Assembly (NCBI GenBank): GCA_049840735.1 | Contig: JASGJN010000004.1 | Coordinates: forward strand, 128,001 to 192,000 | Origin: Anaeromyxobacter sp. | GTDB lineage: Bacteria > Myxococcota > Myxococcia > Myxococcales > Anaeromyxobacteraceae | DNA: 64,000 bases | Direction of reading: 5' to 3' | Shown here: positions 51,496 through 64,000 of the stretch, piece by piece | How the letters are laid out: each line of letters begins with the position of its first letter | Numbering within the stretch: the stretch's first letter is position 1 | Program-made: the position numbers and the translations under genes | Notes under the pieces: model-generated | Databases searched by the model: none | Told to the model about the DNA's origin: nothing | The model's input: the letters and a program-made list of their open reading frames with translations, nothing else

Positions 51496-53133
51496 ATGAA
51501 CGACCGCGGTTCACCTGCGCTCCGGCAGACCTGCCTGGACAGGCTCGGCACCACCCCGCTCGACGTGCTCGTGGTGGGCGGCGGCATCAACGGCGCCGTG
51601 TCCGCGGCCGCGCTGGCCGCGCGCGGGGCGCAGGTCGGCCTCATCGATCGCGCCGACTTCGGCTGCGCCACGTCGCAGGAGTCCTCCAACCTGGTCTGGG
51701 GCGGCATCAAGTACCTCGAGACCTTCGAGTTCGGGCTGGTCTTCAAGCTCTGCCGGGCCCGGAACGAGCTCCTGCGCTCCTACCCCACCTCCGTGCGCGA
51801 GATCCGCTTCTACACCGCCCACCCGCGCGCCTTCCGCCACGGGCGCTGGAAGCTCGTGGCCGGCACGCTGCTGTACTGGGCGCTGGGCAACTTCTTCACC
51901 CGCCCGCCCCGCCCCCTCTCGCGCCGCACCATGGCGCGGGAGCAGCCCGCCATCGCGCTGGACGAGCTGGACGGCGGCTTCGAGTACTCCGACGCCTGGC
52001 TGCCCGACAGCGACGCGCGGTTCGTGTGGACCTTCGTGCGCAGCGCGCTCGACCACGGCTGCGCCGCCGCGAACTACGTCGAGGCGCTCGGCTCGCGGCG
52101 CGAGGGCGACGGCTGGGTCACGCGGGTCCGCGACGGCGTGACCGGGCGCGAGCTGGACGTCCGCTCGCGCGCGGTGGTCAACGCCTGCGGCCCCTGGGCC
52201 GACCGGCAGAACGGCGCGAACGGCGTGCGCACGACCCACCGCCACGTGCTCTCGAAGGGCATCCACCTGCTGGTGGACCGCATCGCCCCGCCCGATCGCG
52301 TCCTCACCTTCTTCGCCGACGACGGGCGCTTCTTCTTCGCCATCCCCATGGGCTCGCGGACCTGCATCGGCACCACCGACACGCCGGTGGAGCAGGCCGA
52401 GGTGGGCGTCACGCCAGAGGACCGGCGCTTCGTCCTCGACAACATCAACAAGCGCCTGCGGCTGCCGCGCCCGCTCGAGGAGAAGGACATCGTGGCCGAG
52501 CGCTGCGGGGTGCGGCCGCTGGTGATCGAGGGGGACGACGCCACCCGCGAGTGGATGCAGCTCTCCCGCAAGCACGCGATCGAAACCGACGTGGCCGCGC
52601 GCCACGTGACCATCTTCGGCGGGAAGCTCACCGACTGCCTGAACGTGGGCGAGGAGATCTGCGCGGAGGTGACGGGGCTCGGCATCGCGCTCCCGCACGC
52701 CGGCCGGCGCTGGTGGGGTGAGCCGCCGGCGGCGCTGCGCGAGGCCTTCCTCCACCAGGCGCGGCTCATGGGGCTCGACGCCCGCCCGCCCGGCGGGGAC
52801 GAGCCGCCCGCCGCGCGGCTCTGGCGCCGCCACGGCGCCGAGGCGCTGGCCATGCTCGAGGCCGCCCGGCGCGATCCCCGCCAGGCGGAGGAGCTGGTCC
52901 CGGGGTCGGGGTTCCTGCGCTGCGAGCTCGAGGCCACCGCGCGCCGCGAGATGGTGGTGCGGCTCGACGACTTCCTGCGGCGCCGGACCCAGCTCGCGCA
53001 GGTGGTGCACCGCGACGCCCTGCGGCGCGCGCCCGGCGTGGCCGAGGCGGCCCGGGAGCTGTTCGGACCGGACGCCGAGCAGCGGCTGACCGAGTACTTC
53101 GAGGAGGCGCTCGCCCCTTCGGCCACGGCCTGA
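51496..53133 (+). CDS. glpD: FAD-dependent glycerol-3-phosphate dehydrogenase
   Basis: VGGGINGA, TSQESSNLVWGGIKYLE, DSDAR, VNACGPW, KGIHL, IGTTD, GVRPL, GGKLT. Confidence 0.92.
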   Translation: MNDRGSPALRQTCLDRLGTTPLDVLVVGGGINGAVSAAALAARGAQVGLIDRADFGCATSQESSNLVWGGIKYLETFEFGLVFKLCRARNELLRSYPTSVREIRFYTAHPRAFRHGRWKLVAGTLLYWALGNFFTRPPRPLSRRTMAREQPAIALDELDGGFEYSDAWLPDSDARFVWTFVRSALDHGCAAANYVEALGSRREGDGWVTRVRDGVTGRELDVRSRAVVNACGPWADRQNGANGVRTTHRHVLSKGIHLLVDRIAPPDRVLTFFADDGRFFFAIPMGSRTCIGTTDTPVEQAEVGVTPEDRRFVLDNINKRLRLPRPLEEKDIVAERCGVRPLVIEGDDATREWMQLSRKHAIETDVAARHVTIFGGKLTDCLNVGEEICAEVTGLGIALPHAGRRWWGEPPAALREAFLHQARLMGLDARPPGGDEPPAARLWRRHGAEALAMLEAARRDPRQAEELVPGSGFLRCELEATARREMVVRLDDFLRRRTQLAQVVHRDALRRAPGVAEAARELFGPDAEQRLTEYFEEALAPSATA

Positions 53134-53210
53134 CGCCCGGCCCAGCGCGTCACCTTTTCCCGAATAACCCTGGATGCTTAACCCTTTGGTAGCTGCCTCT
53201 CGGCCTTGAT

Positions 53211-53240
53211 GGGGGAACCGAAACGAAAAGAAAGGAACTC
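53211..53240. promoter_or_regulatory. 10-bp-periodic GAA boxes, candidate GlpR operators upstream of the ABC operon
   Basis: GGGGGAACCG-AAACGAAAAG-AAAGGAACTC, with the same core and spacing as the boxes at 51340. Confidence 0.45.
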
Positions 53241-53312
53241 GTCGAGTTTTGCAGTATGAGCGAACGCCGGACTGCGACGATGTGGCTCAGTCTCTTACCC
53301 AGGGGAGCGACC

Positions 53313-55059
<1,747 letters not shown>

Positions 55060-55164
55060 GGTACCGGGGTGGGGCCGGCGTCCGCGCGCCGGCCCCGCTC
55101 CACGCTGGTCCGGTCCGCCGGCGATGGCTCCCTCCCCTCCTCGTCCCGCACCAGGTGCCGCCCG

Positions 55165-56247
55165 ATGAGCCTCGTCCTGAAAGCCGTCGAGCTCCGCGTG
55201 GGCGCTGACACCCACGTCCACCCCACCTCGCTGGAGCTCGCGCCGCGCGGCTTCAACGTGCTGCTCGGCCCGACGCTCGCGGGGAAGACCACCCTCATGC
55301 GCCTCATGGCCGGGCTGCTCCGGCCCAGCGCCGGCGAGGTCTGGTTCGCCGGCCGCGACGTGACCGGCGTGCCGGTGCGCGAGCGGCGGGTGGCCATGGT
55401 CTACCAGCAGTTCATCAACTACCCGCACCTGACCGTGCTCGAGAACATCGCCTCGCCGCTGCGCGTGGCCGGCCTGCCCCGCCCCGAGGTGAAGGCGCGG
55501 GTGGGCCGCATCGCCGAGCTCCTGCGCCTCTCGCCCCTCCTCGACCGCAAGCCCGCGGAGCTGTCCGGCGGGCAGCAGCAGCGGACCGCGCTGGCCCGCG
55601 CCCTGGTCAAGGACGCCGAGCTGATCCTGCTCGACGAGCCGCTCGCCAACCTCGACTACAAGCTGCGCGAGGGGCTGCGCGACGAGCTGCCCCGGCTCTT
55701 CGCCGACCGGGAGTGCACCGTGGTCTACGCCACCACCGAGCCGGCCGAGGCGCTGCTCCTGGGGGGCCACACGGCCACCCTGCACCAGGGCCGGGTCACC
55801 CAGTTCGGCCCCACCGGCGCCGTCTATCGCCGGCCCGCCAATCTCACGACCGCCCAGGCCTTCTCCGACCCGCCCATCAACACCGCCCCGGTGCTGAAGC
55901 AGGGCGGCCGCATCTCGCTCGGCGAGGTGGTCAGCTGGCCGGCGCGGGGCGCGCTGGCCGGGTTGCCCGACGGCCCCTACACGTTCGGCCTCCGCCCCCA
56001 CCACGTGCAGCTGGACGGCGGCGCCGAACCGGCGGAGCAGGTGCGGGTGGCGGGGCGGGTCTCCATCGCCGAGATCAGCGGCTCGGAGAGCGTGGTCCAC
56101 TTCGCGATCGACGGGCAGACCTGGGTCTCGCAGTCGCACGGCGTCCACCGCTTCGACGTGGGCGCCACCGCGGCCTTCCGGCTGGAGGTGGAGCGCGGGC
56201 TCTACTTCACCGCCGACGGCCGCTGCGTCACGCCGGGAGGCGCCTAG
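55165..56247 (+). CDS. glpS: ABC transporter ATP-binding protein (glycerol uptake)
   Basis: GPTLAGKT, VYQQFINYP, LSGGQQQR, DEPLANLDYKLRE, YATTEP. Confidence 0.9.
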   Translation: MSLVLKAVELRVGADTHVHPTSLELAPRGFNVLLGPTLAGKTTLMRLMAGLLRPSAGEVWFAGRDVTGVPVRERRVAMVYQQFINYPHLTVLENIASPLRVAGLPRPEVKARVGRIAELLRLSPLLDRKPAELSGGQQQRTALARALVKDAELILLDEPLANLDYKLREGLRDELPRLFADRECTVVYATTEPAEALLLGGHTATLHQGRVTQFGPTGAVYRRPANLTTAQAFSDPPINTAPVLKQGGRISLGEVVSWPARGALAGLPDGPYTFGLRPHHVQLDGGAEPAEQVRVAGRVSIAEISGSESVVHFAIDGQTWVSQSHGVHRFDVGATAAFRLEVERGLYFTADGRCVTPGGA

Positions 56248-56249
56248 CC

Positions 56250-59085
<2,836 letters not shown>

Positions 59086-59098
59086 AGGGAGGCCGCGC

Positions 59099-59395
59099 GT
59101 GAGTCCTGAACTGCATGGCCTCGGCTGGATGGCCTGGACGTGGCAGACCGCGGCGTTCTTCGCCTTCATCGGCCTGCTCCTGGCGCTGATGATGGTCTGG
59201 GAGTGGCGCCGCCCGGGCGGCGCGCCGCGGCGGGGCGTGCTGCGCATCGTCACCACCCGGGGCGACCGGCTCTTCATCTCGCTGCTCTCGGCGGCCTACC
59301 TGCACATCGGCTGGCTGGCCCTCACCTCCGTGACGCTGTGGGGCGCCACCGCCGCCTCGGCGGTGCTGGCGGTGCTGGTGTTCCGGTACGTCTGA
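59099..59395 (+). CDS. glpU: Small integral membrane protein (DUF2160-like) of glycerol ABC clusters
   Basis: WMAWTWQTA...RRGVLRIVTTRGDRLFISLL...IGWL. Confidence 0.85.
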   Translation: MSPELHGLGWMAWTWQTAAFFAFIGLLLALMMVWEWRRPGGAPRRGVLRIVTTRGDRLFISLLSAAYLHIGWLALTSVTLWGATAASAVLAVLVFRYV

Positions 59396-59397
59396 AG

Positions 59398-59520
59398 CGG
59401 GGGCTGCGCCCCCGCCCCGCCGGCAGAGCCGTCGGGGCCCCACCCCTGCTACGCTGGGTCCCAGCGCGCTGCGGCCTTCGGCCTTGCGCGCGACCCAGCG
59501 CCGAGGGGCTTCGCCCCTCC
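59398..59520. repeat. GC-rich multi-hairpin intergenic element (REP-like or terminator region)
   Basis: GGGGCTGCGCCCC, CGCTGGGTC...GACCCAGCG enclosing GGCCTTCGGCC, and GAGGGGCTTCGCCCCTC stem-loops after the glp operon. Confidence 0.5.
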
Positions 59521-59614
59521 CCCGGCCACATGCCGGAGCCCCCACCCCAGCGCCCCATCCAGTTCACGCTCGGGCAGTCCCGGCGGCCCCTGGCGCGGCG
59601 GGCCGGGCCGGGCC

Positions 59615-60805
59615 ATGCTCCTGGGCATGCCCCGCCCGCCCGCCACCTCGACCCACGCCGCCGGCCTGTCCGCCAACGTGTACAGCGCGCTGGTGGAGCG
59701 GGCCCGGTCCATGCCCGGCCCCATCTACCCGCTGCACGTGGGCGACACCTGGCGCTCGCCGCCGGAGGGGGCGCGGGCCGAGGACCAGCGCGAGGCGGAG
59801 TTCCCGCGGCTGCACGCCTACGCCCCGGTGACCGGCGAGCCGGAGCTGGTGGAGGCGGTGCGCGAGCACCTGCGCGCGCGCCACGGCCTGGCGCTCGCGC
59901 CCGAGCAGCTGCAGATCATGCCCGGCGCCACCGGCGGGCTGACCACGGTGCTGACCGCGCTGCTCGACCCCGGGGACGAACTGCTGCTCCCCTCGCCGTT
60001 CTGGCCGCTGATCCGCGGCATCGCCGCCGCGCGCGGCTGCCGGGTGGTGGAGGTGCCGTTCTTCACGCGGCTGGGCACGCCCGGCTTCGATCCGGAGGCC
60101 GCGCTGGAGCGGGCGGTCACGCCCCGCACCGCCGCCGTCTACGTGAACGACCCGCACAACCCCACCGGCCGCGTCCTCGACGACGACACCGTGGCGGCCA
60201 TCGCCCGGGTGGCGCGCCGGCACGACCTGTGGGTGGTGGCGGACGCGGCCTACGAGGACCTGCGCTACGGCGAGGCGCGGCCGCCCCCCTGGCTGCGGCC
60301 CGAGCTGGTGGAGCGGACCATCGTGAGCGGCACGGTGTCGAAGAGCCACGCCATGGCGGGCGCGCGGGTGGGCTGGTCGTTCGGGCCGGAGGCGCCCATG
60401 CGCGCGGTCCGCGGGGTGCAGACGTTCCAGCACTACTGCGCCGCGCGCCCCATGCAGCGGGCCGCCGCGCGGGCGCTGCGGATGGGCGAGGGGTGGCTGG
60501 CCGGGCTGCGGCGCGAGTACGCCGCGGCCGGCGCCGCAGCGGCCGCCGCGCTGGGCCTGCCCGCGCCGCAGGGCGGGACGTTCCTGTTCGCCGACGCCAC
60601 GCCCTGGCTGCGCCCCGGCGAGGCGCTGCAGGGCTTCCTGGAGCGGTGCCTGGAGGCCGGCGTGCTGCTGACGCCCGGCCTGGCCGCCGGGCAGGACTTC
60701 GGCAGCTGGGTGCGGCTCTGCTTCACCGCCGTGCCGCCGGGGGACCTGGCGCAGGCGCTGCGGCGGCTGCAGCCGGTGCTCGCCAGCGGTCCTGGAGGTC
60801 CGTAG
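59615..60805 (+). CDS. PLP-dependent aminotransferase class I/II
   Basis: NDPHNPTG, DAAYE, SKSHAMAGARVG (PLP lysine), VRLCF. The start may be 59627. Confidence 0.92.
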   Translation: MLLGMPRPPATSTHAAGLSANVYSALVERARSMPGPIYPLHVGDTWRSPPEGARAEDQREAEFPRLHAYAPVTGEPELVEAVREHLRARHGLALAPEQLQIMPGATGGLTTVLTALLDPGDELLLPSPFWPLIRGIAAARGCRVVEVPFFTRLGTPGFDPEAALERAVTPRTAAVYVNDPHNPTGRVLDDDTVAAIARVARRHDLWVVADAAYEDLRYGEARPPPWLRPELVERTIVSGTVSKSHAMAGARVGWSFGPEAPMRAVRGVQTFQHYCAARPMQRAAARALRMGEGWLAGLRREYAAAGAAAAAALGLPAPQGGTFLFADATPWLRPGEALQGFLERCLEAGVLLTPGLAAGQDFGSWVRLCFTAVPPGDLAQALRRLQPVLASGPGGP

Positions 60806-60819
60806 CGAGGACCGGCGGT

Positions 60820-61772
60820 TCACTGACCGTCAGCTCGGGGGCGGACCGGGAGCGGGACGCTGCACAGGTCGATCCGGCCGGCCGGCACCTTGTACCAGGT
60901 GCCACCGCGGTTGCGCCGGGACTCGACCAGCCGGTCCCACGTGGTCCCCTCGGTGCGGAGGAGCTCGAGCTGCGGGCGTCCGGCAGCGGGCAGATCGGCG
61001 AGCACGCGCACGCTGCGGATGGGCGTCCTCAGCTCCGGCTGCTCGTGGAAGCCCATGGGCGCGGGGCCGCGCGGCAGCGAGGACAGGTGCTCCATGCCCT
61101 GGACCACCCGGCCGACCACGGTGATGTTCCGGTCCAGCGTGCGCGGGGCGTGGCCGATCACCGCGAACAGGTTGGTGCCGTCGCCGGTGGCCGGGTCGTC
61201 TGCGCGCGCGAGGCCCACCGCGCCGTAGCAGTGCGTCAGCCAGGCCTCGCCGGTGCGGGCGTCCCGGGCGGCCGGGAACCCGGCGGAGAAGCCGACCTCC
61301 GGCGCGTACAGGTCGCCGTCCGGCAGGGGCGTGAACGGCAGGTCCGCGGCGGCGCGGGTGAACTCCGCCGGGAGCGCGGCCGGGCCGGCCTTGATTGGCC
61401 GCGCCTTGGCCGGCTCGTCGCCGTCCGGGTCGCCCCACTGCGCGACGTAGCCGTCCTGGACGCGATACACCGACAGGCCGTCGAAGTAGCCCTCCCGCAC
61501 CAGCGCCAGGATCCGCTCCACGTGCCTCGGCGCGAAGTCCGGCGCCAGCGCGATCACCACGCGCCCCCCGGGCAGCTCCATGACCAGGGTGTGCGCGGGA
61601 TTCGAGCGCCGCCCAGTCCCCCGGCGCTGACGCGGCCAGGACGTCCTTCATCTCCAGGCGCGCCGCGGCCGGCGCCGCGGCCGAGGCCTGCCCGACGCCG
61701 CGGCAGCCGGCGAGCATGGTCCCGCTGACCAGGACGAGGGAAGCGACCAGACCGGATTCGAGAGCTGGGCAT
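60820..61772 (-). CDS. Cyclophilin-type peptidyl-prolyl isomerase lipoprotein; two +1 frameshifts (61601, 61757)
   Basis: [54 protein letters not shown]. Removing one base at each GAATC gives [23 protein letters not shown]...WAALDPAHTL. Confidence 0.85.
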
Positions 61773-61867
61773 TCGTCACACCTTATCGCGACCTCGACGG
61801 GGGCGCCGCGCCCCGGCCAGGGAGGCGCCGAGACAGGGGGCCTGGGGCGCGCATAGAGTCGGCTGCA

Positions 61868-62855
61868 ATGCCTCCCACCGACGCCCCTCGCATCCTCGTC
61901 CGCAGCGCCGAGCGCGGGACCCCCGACGCGTTCTCGCATCCGTACAACCCGAGCTCCGAGATCCACGGCTGGACGCTGGCGGCCGCCGCCGGGCTGACGC
62001 GCATCGGCGTCAGCCTGGCCTGGCTGCCGCCAGGGAAGGAGTCCTTCGCCTTCCACCGCCACCATCGCGAGGAGGAGTGGATGTTCGTCCTCTCCGGCAG
62101 CGGGACGGTGGACGTCGACGACGCGTCGCTCCCGGTCGGGCCGGGCGACTTCCTGGGCTTCCCGCCGGGCGTGGCCCACCTGGTCCGCAACACCGGGACG
62201 GAGGACCTCCACTTCCTGCAGGGCGGCGAGTCCTTCGGCGACGTCGAGGTGGCCGACTTCCCGCGCCTGCGCCGGCGCATGGTCCGCACCGGCCACCAGC
62301 TGACGGTCTACCCGCTCGACGCCGAGGTCCCCTTCCTCCCGCCCGGCGTGTCGCTGCCGCCTCCCCCGCCCCGGCCAGCGCCGCGCGTCCTGGTGCGCGC
62401 CGCCGACCGCGGCGAGCCCCGCGCCTTCCACCACCCGGAGAACCCGGCAGGCGAGGTCCATCTCACGCCGCTCTCGCGCCCGGCGGGGCTCTCGCGCGTG
62501 GCGGTGGTCCTGACCCGCGTCCCGGCCGGCCGCGACGCCTACGCCTTCCACGTCCACCAGCACGACGAGGAGTGGCTCTACGTCCTCTCGGGCCGCGGCG
62601 AGGCGCTGGTGGGCGACGCCGTGCACGCCATCGGCCCGGGCGACTTCCTCGGCTTCCCGCCCCGCGGCCCGGGCCACGACACCCGCGCGCTGCCGGGCGA
62701 GGACCTCGTCTACCTCTGCGGCGGCGACGCCTGGTCGCGCTCCACCATCGAGAATCGTGGACTTCCCGCGCCTGGGCCGCCGGCGCACCTTCGTCGGCAC
62801 CCGCGAGGCGCTCACCTTCCCGCTCGAGTCTGCGCGGGAGCGCCCGCCGCGCTGA
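61868..62855 (+). CDS. Tandem two-domain cupin protein; +1 frameshift at ~62753
   Basis: Two copies of FH.H...EEW..VLSG.G...GPGDFLGFPP...H. Removing one A restores IEIVDFPRLGRR, parallel to VEVADFPRLRRR in domain 1. Confidence 0.85.
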
Positions 62856-63031
62856 GGGCGCCAGGGCCGGCTGCCCGCGATCCAGGCAGCCGCCGCCCGG
62901 TTCGCGGGCGCGCCACGCCGCTGGCCTTCGCGCTTTGCGCGCCTGCGCCGCGCTGCCGCCGGTACGCCGGCTGCAACCCCGGCCGGCGAGGGGCAGCGGC
63001 CGGCCGGCCCGGCCACGGACGAGGAGCGAAC

Positions 63032-63370
63032 GTGAAGCGGATCGAGGCCATCATCCGGCCGTCCAAGCTGGAGGACGCGAAGCGGGCGCTGGCCCACCCC
63101 TGGATCGCCGGCATCACCGCCGGCGAGGTGAAGGGGTACGGGCGCCAGCGCGGCCACGTGGAGGTCTACCGCGGCGCGGAGTACGCCACCTCCATGGTCC
63201 CCAAGATCAAGATCGAGATCGTGGTCCCGGACCCGCTGGTCCCGCGGCTGGTGGGGGACCTGGCGGACTGGCTCAAGACCGGCAAGATCGGCGACGGGAA
63301 GATCTTCGTCACGCCGGTGGACGACGCGGTCCGCGTCCGGACTGGGGAGCGGGGCGAGGCGGCGCTGTGA
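63032..63370 (+). CDS. glnB: P-II family nitrogen regulatory protein
   Basis: KRIEAIIRP.KL, GYGRQRGH.EVYRGAEY (Tyr51), TGKIGDGKIFV, RVRTGERG; 112 aa. GlnB and GlnK cannot be distinguished here. Confidence 0.9.
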   Translation: MKRIEAIIRPSKLEDAKRALAHPWIAGITAGEVKGYGRQRGHVEVYRGAEYATSMVPKIKIEIVVPDPLVPRLVGDLADWLKTGKIGDGKIFVTPVDDAVRVRTGERGEAAL

Positions 63371-63447
63371 CGGCCCGGGGCTTGGGGTGAAGCCACGCCG
63401 CGGGCGCACCGGCGCGCGCCCCGCGACCGCGGCCCGGCGGCTCCGGC

Positions 63448-64000
63448 TCAGGCCTGCCGGCTGGCCTTGAGCCACTCCAGCGCGGCGATGGCCGCGCCGC
63501 GGGCGCCGGCCATGTCCAGGTGCTGGACCACCTCGAACCGGGCCACCTGCTCCTGCTCGGCGCGCAGGTACGTGTGCTCCCGCACCTTGGCCAGGAACCA
63601 GGCCCGGAACTCGGGGGCCGCCTCCACCACGCCGCCGCCCAGGAAGTAGGCGTCCGGGTCGGTGAAGTTGGCGGCGACCGTGAAGAGCCGCCCGATGGCC
63701 ATGGCCTGCTGCTCGAAGATCTTGAGCGCCAGCGGGTCCTGCTTCTCGCCGTAGCCGCGGACCTGCTTGGCCGCGTCGGCGACCGGCAGCTTCGCCAGCG
63801 GGTGGTCGGGGTGGCGGGTGAGCCAGTACGGCAGCAGGTTCTCGCGGATGCCGGTCAGCGAGGCCACGCTCTCGGCGTCGCCCACGAACCCGCAGTTGCA
63901 GCGCGGCATGGGCTGGCCGTCGCCCAGCAGGCCGTGCATCGGGATGTGCACGTGGCCGAGCTCGCCGGCCATGCCGGCCGCGCCCTTGACCACGTTGCCC
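63448..64000 (-). CDS. ROK family kinase/regulator, 3' part only
   Basis: AGELGH, CNCG...ES, LGGGV, AGARGAA ROK motifs. Confidence 0.85.
   Translation of the reverse strand, partial: GNVVKGAAGMAGELGHVHIPMHGLLGDGQPMPRCNCGFVGDAESVASLTGIRENLLPYWLTRHPDHPLAKLPVADAAKQVRGYGEKQDPLALKIFEQQAMAIGRLFTVAANFTDPDAYFLGGGVVEAAPEFRAWFLAKVREHTYLRAEQEQVARFEVVQHLDMAGARGAAIAALEWLKASRQA

Noticed and set aside
61868..63370. Apparent cupin-P-II fusion (500-aa ORF)
   Set aside because: Created by the +1 indel at ~62753. The corrected cupin stops at 62855, and P-II has its own GAGGAG RBS and GTG at 63032.

Overview
Very GC-rich bacterial DNA whose gene content resembles Anaeromyxobacter/Myxococcota (an inference, not a taxonomic test). 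The window holds two separate nrfHA nitrite-ammonification loci (1-674, truncated by the window edge, and 48180-50377). The first has a clear sigma54 promoter and an adjacent sigma54 two-component system. Also present: an overlapping glycerolipid operon (PlsB-like acyltransferase, gpsA, App1-like phosphatase, acyl-CoA-binding protein), a glpR-glpD-glpVSTPQU glycerol cluster, an osmC/flavoprotein operon divergent from a sigma54 activator, and various signalling, transport and metabolic genes. An accessory block at ~32.3-42.2 kb contains a complete IS66 with an 8-bp target duplication, an RHS toxin tip with an HExxH motif plus a candidate immunity gene, and a truncated YD/IPT surface protein. 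The most unusual feature is a 3.3-kb TGT...ACA element (36324-39633) with ~55-bp imperfect terminal inverted repeats. It appears to encode two different DDE integrase-fold proteins and two paralogous HTH/coiled-coil proteins, and it sits where the body of the RHS gene is missing. Other oddities are an HNH gene bracketed by 31-bp direct repeats, a 42-bp tandem array grown inside a REP-like inverted pair, and a GH13 protein lacking its catalytic nucleophile. Many single-base frameshifts look like sequencing or polishing artefacts; four convert GATC to GAATC. All calls come from reading motifs by eye, with no database searches.
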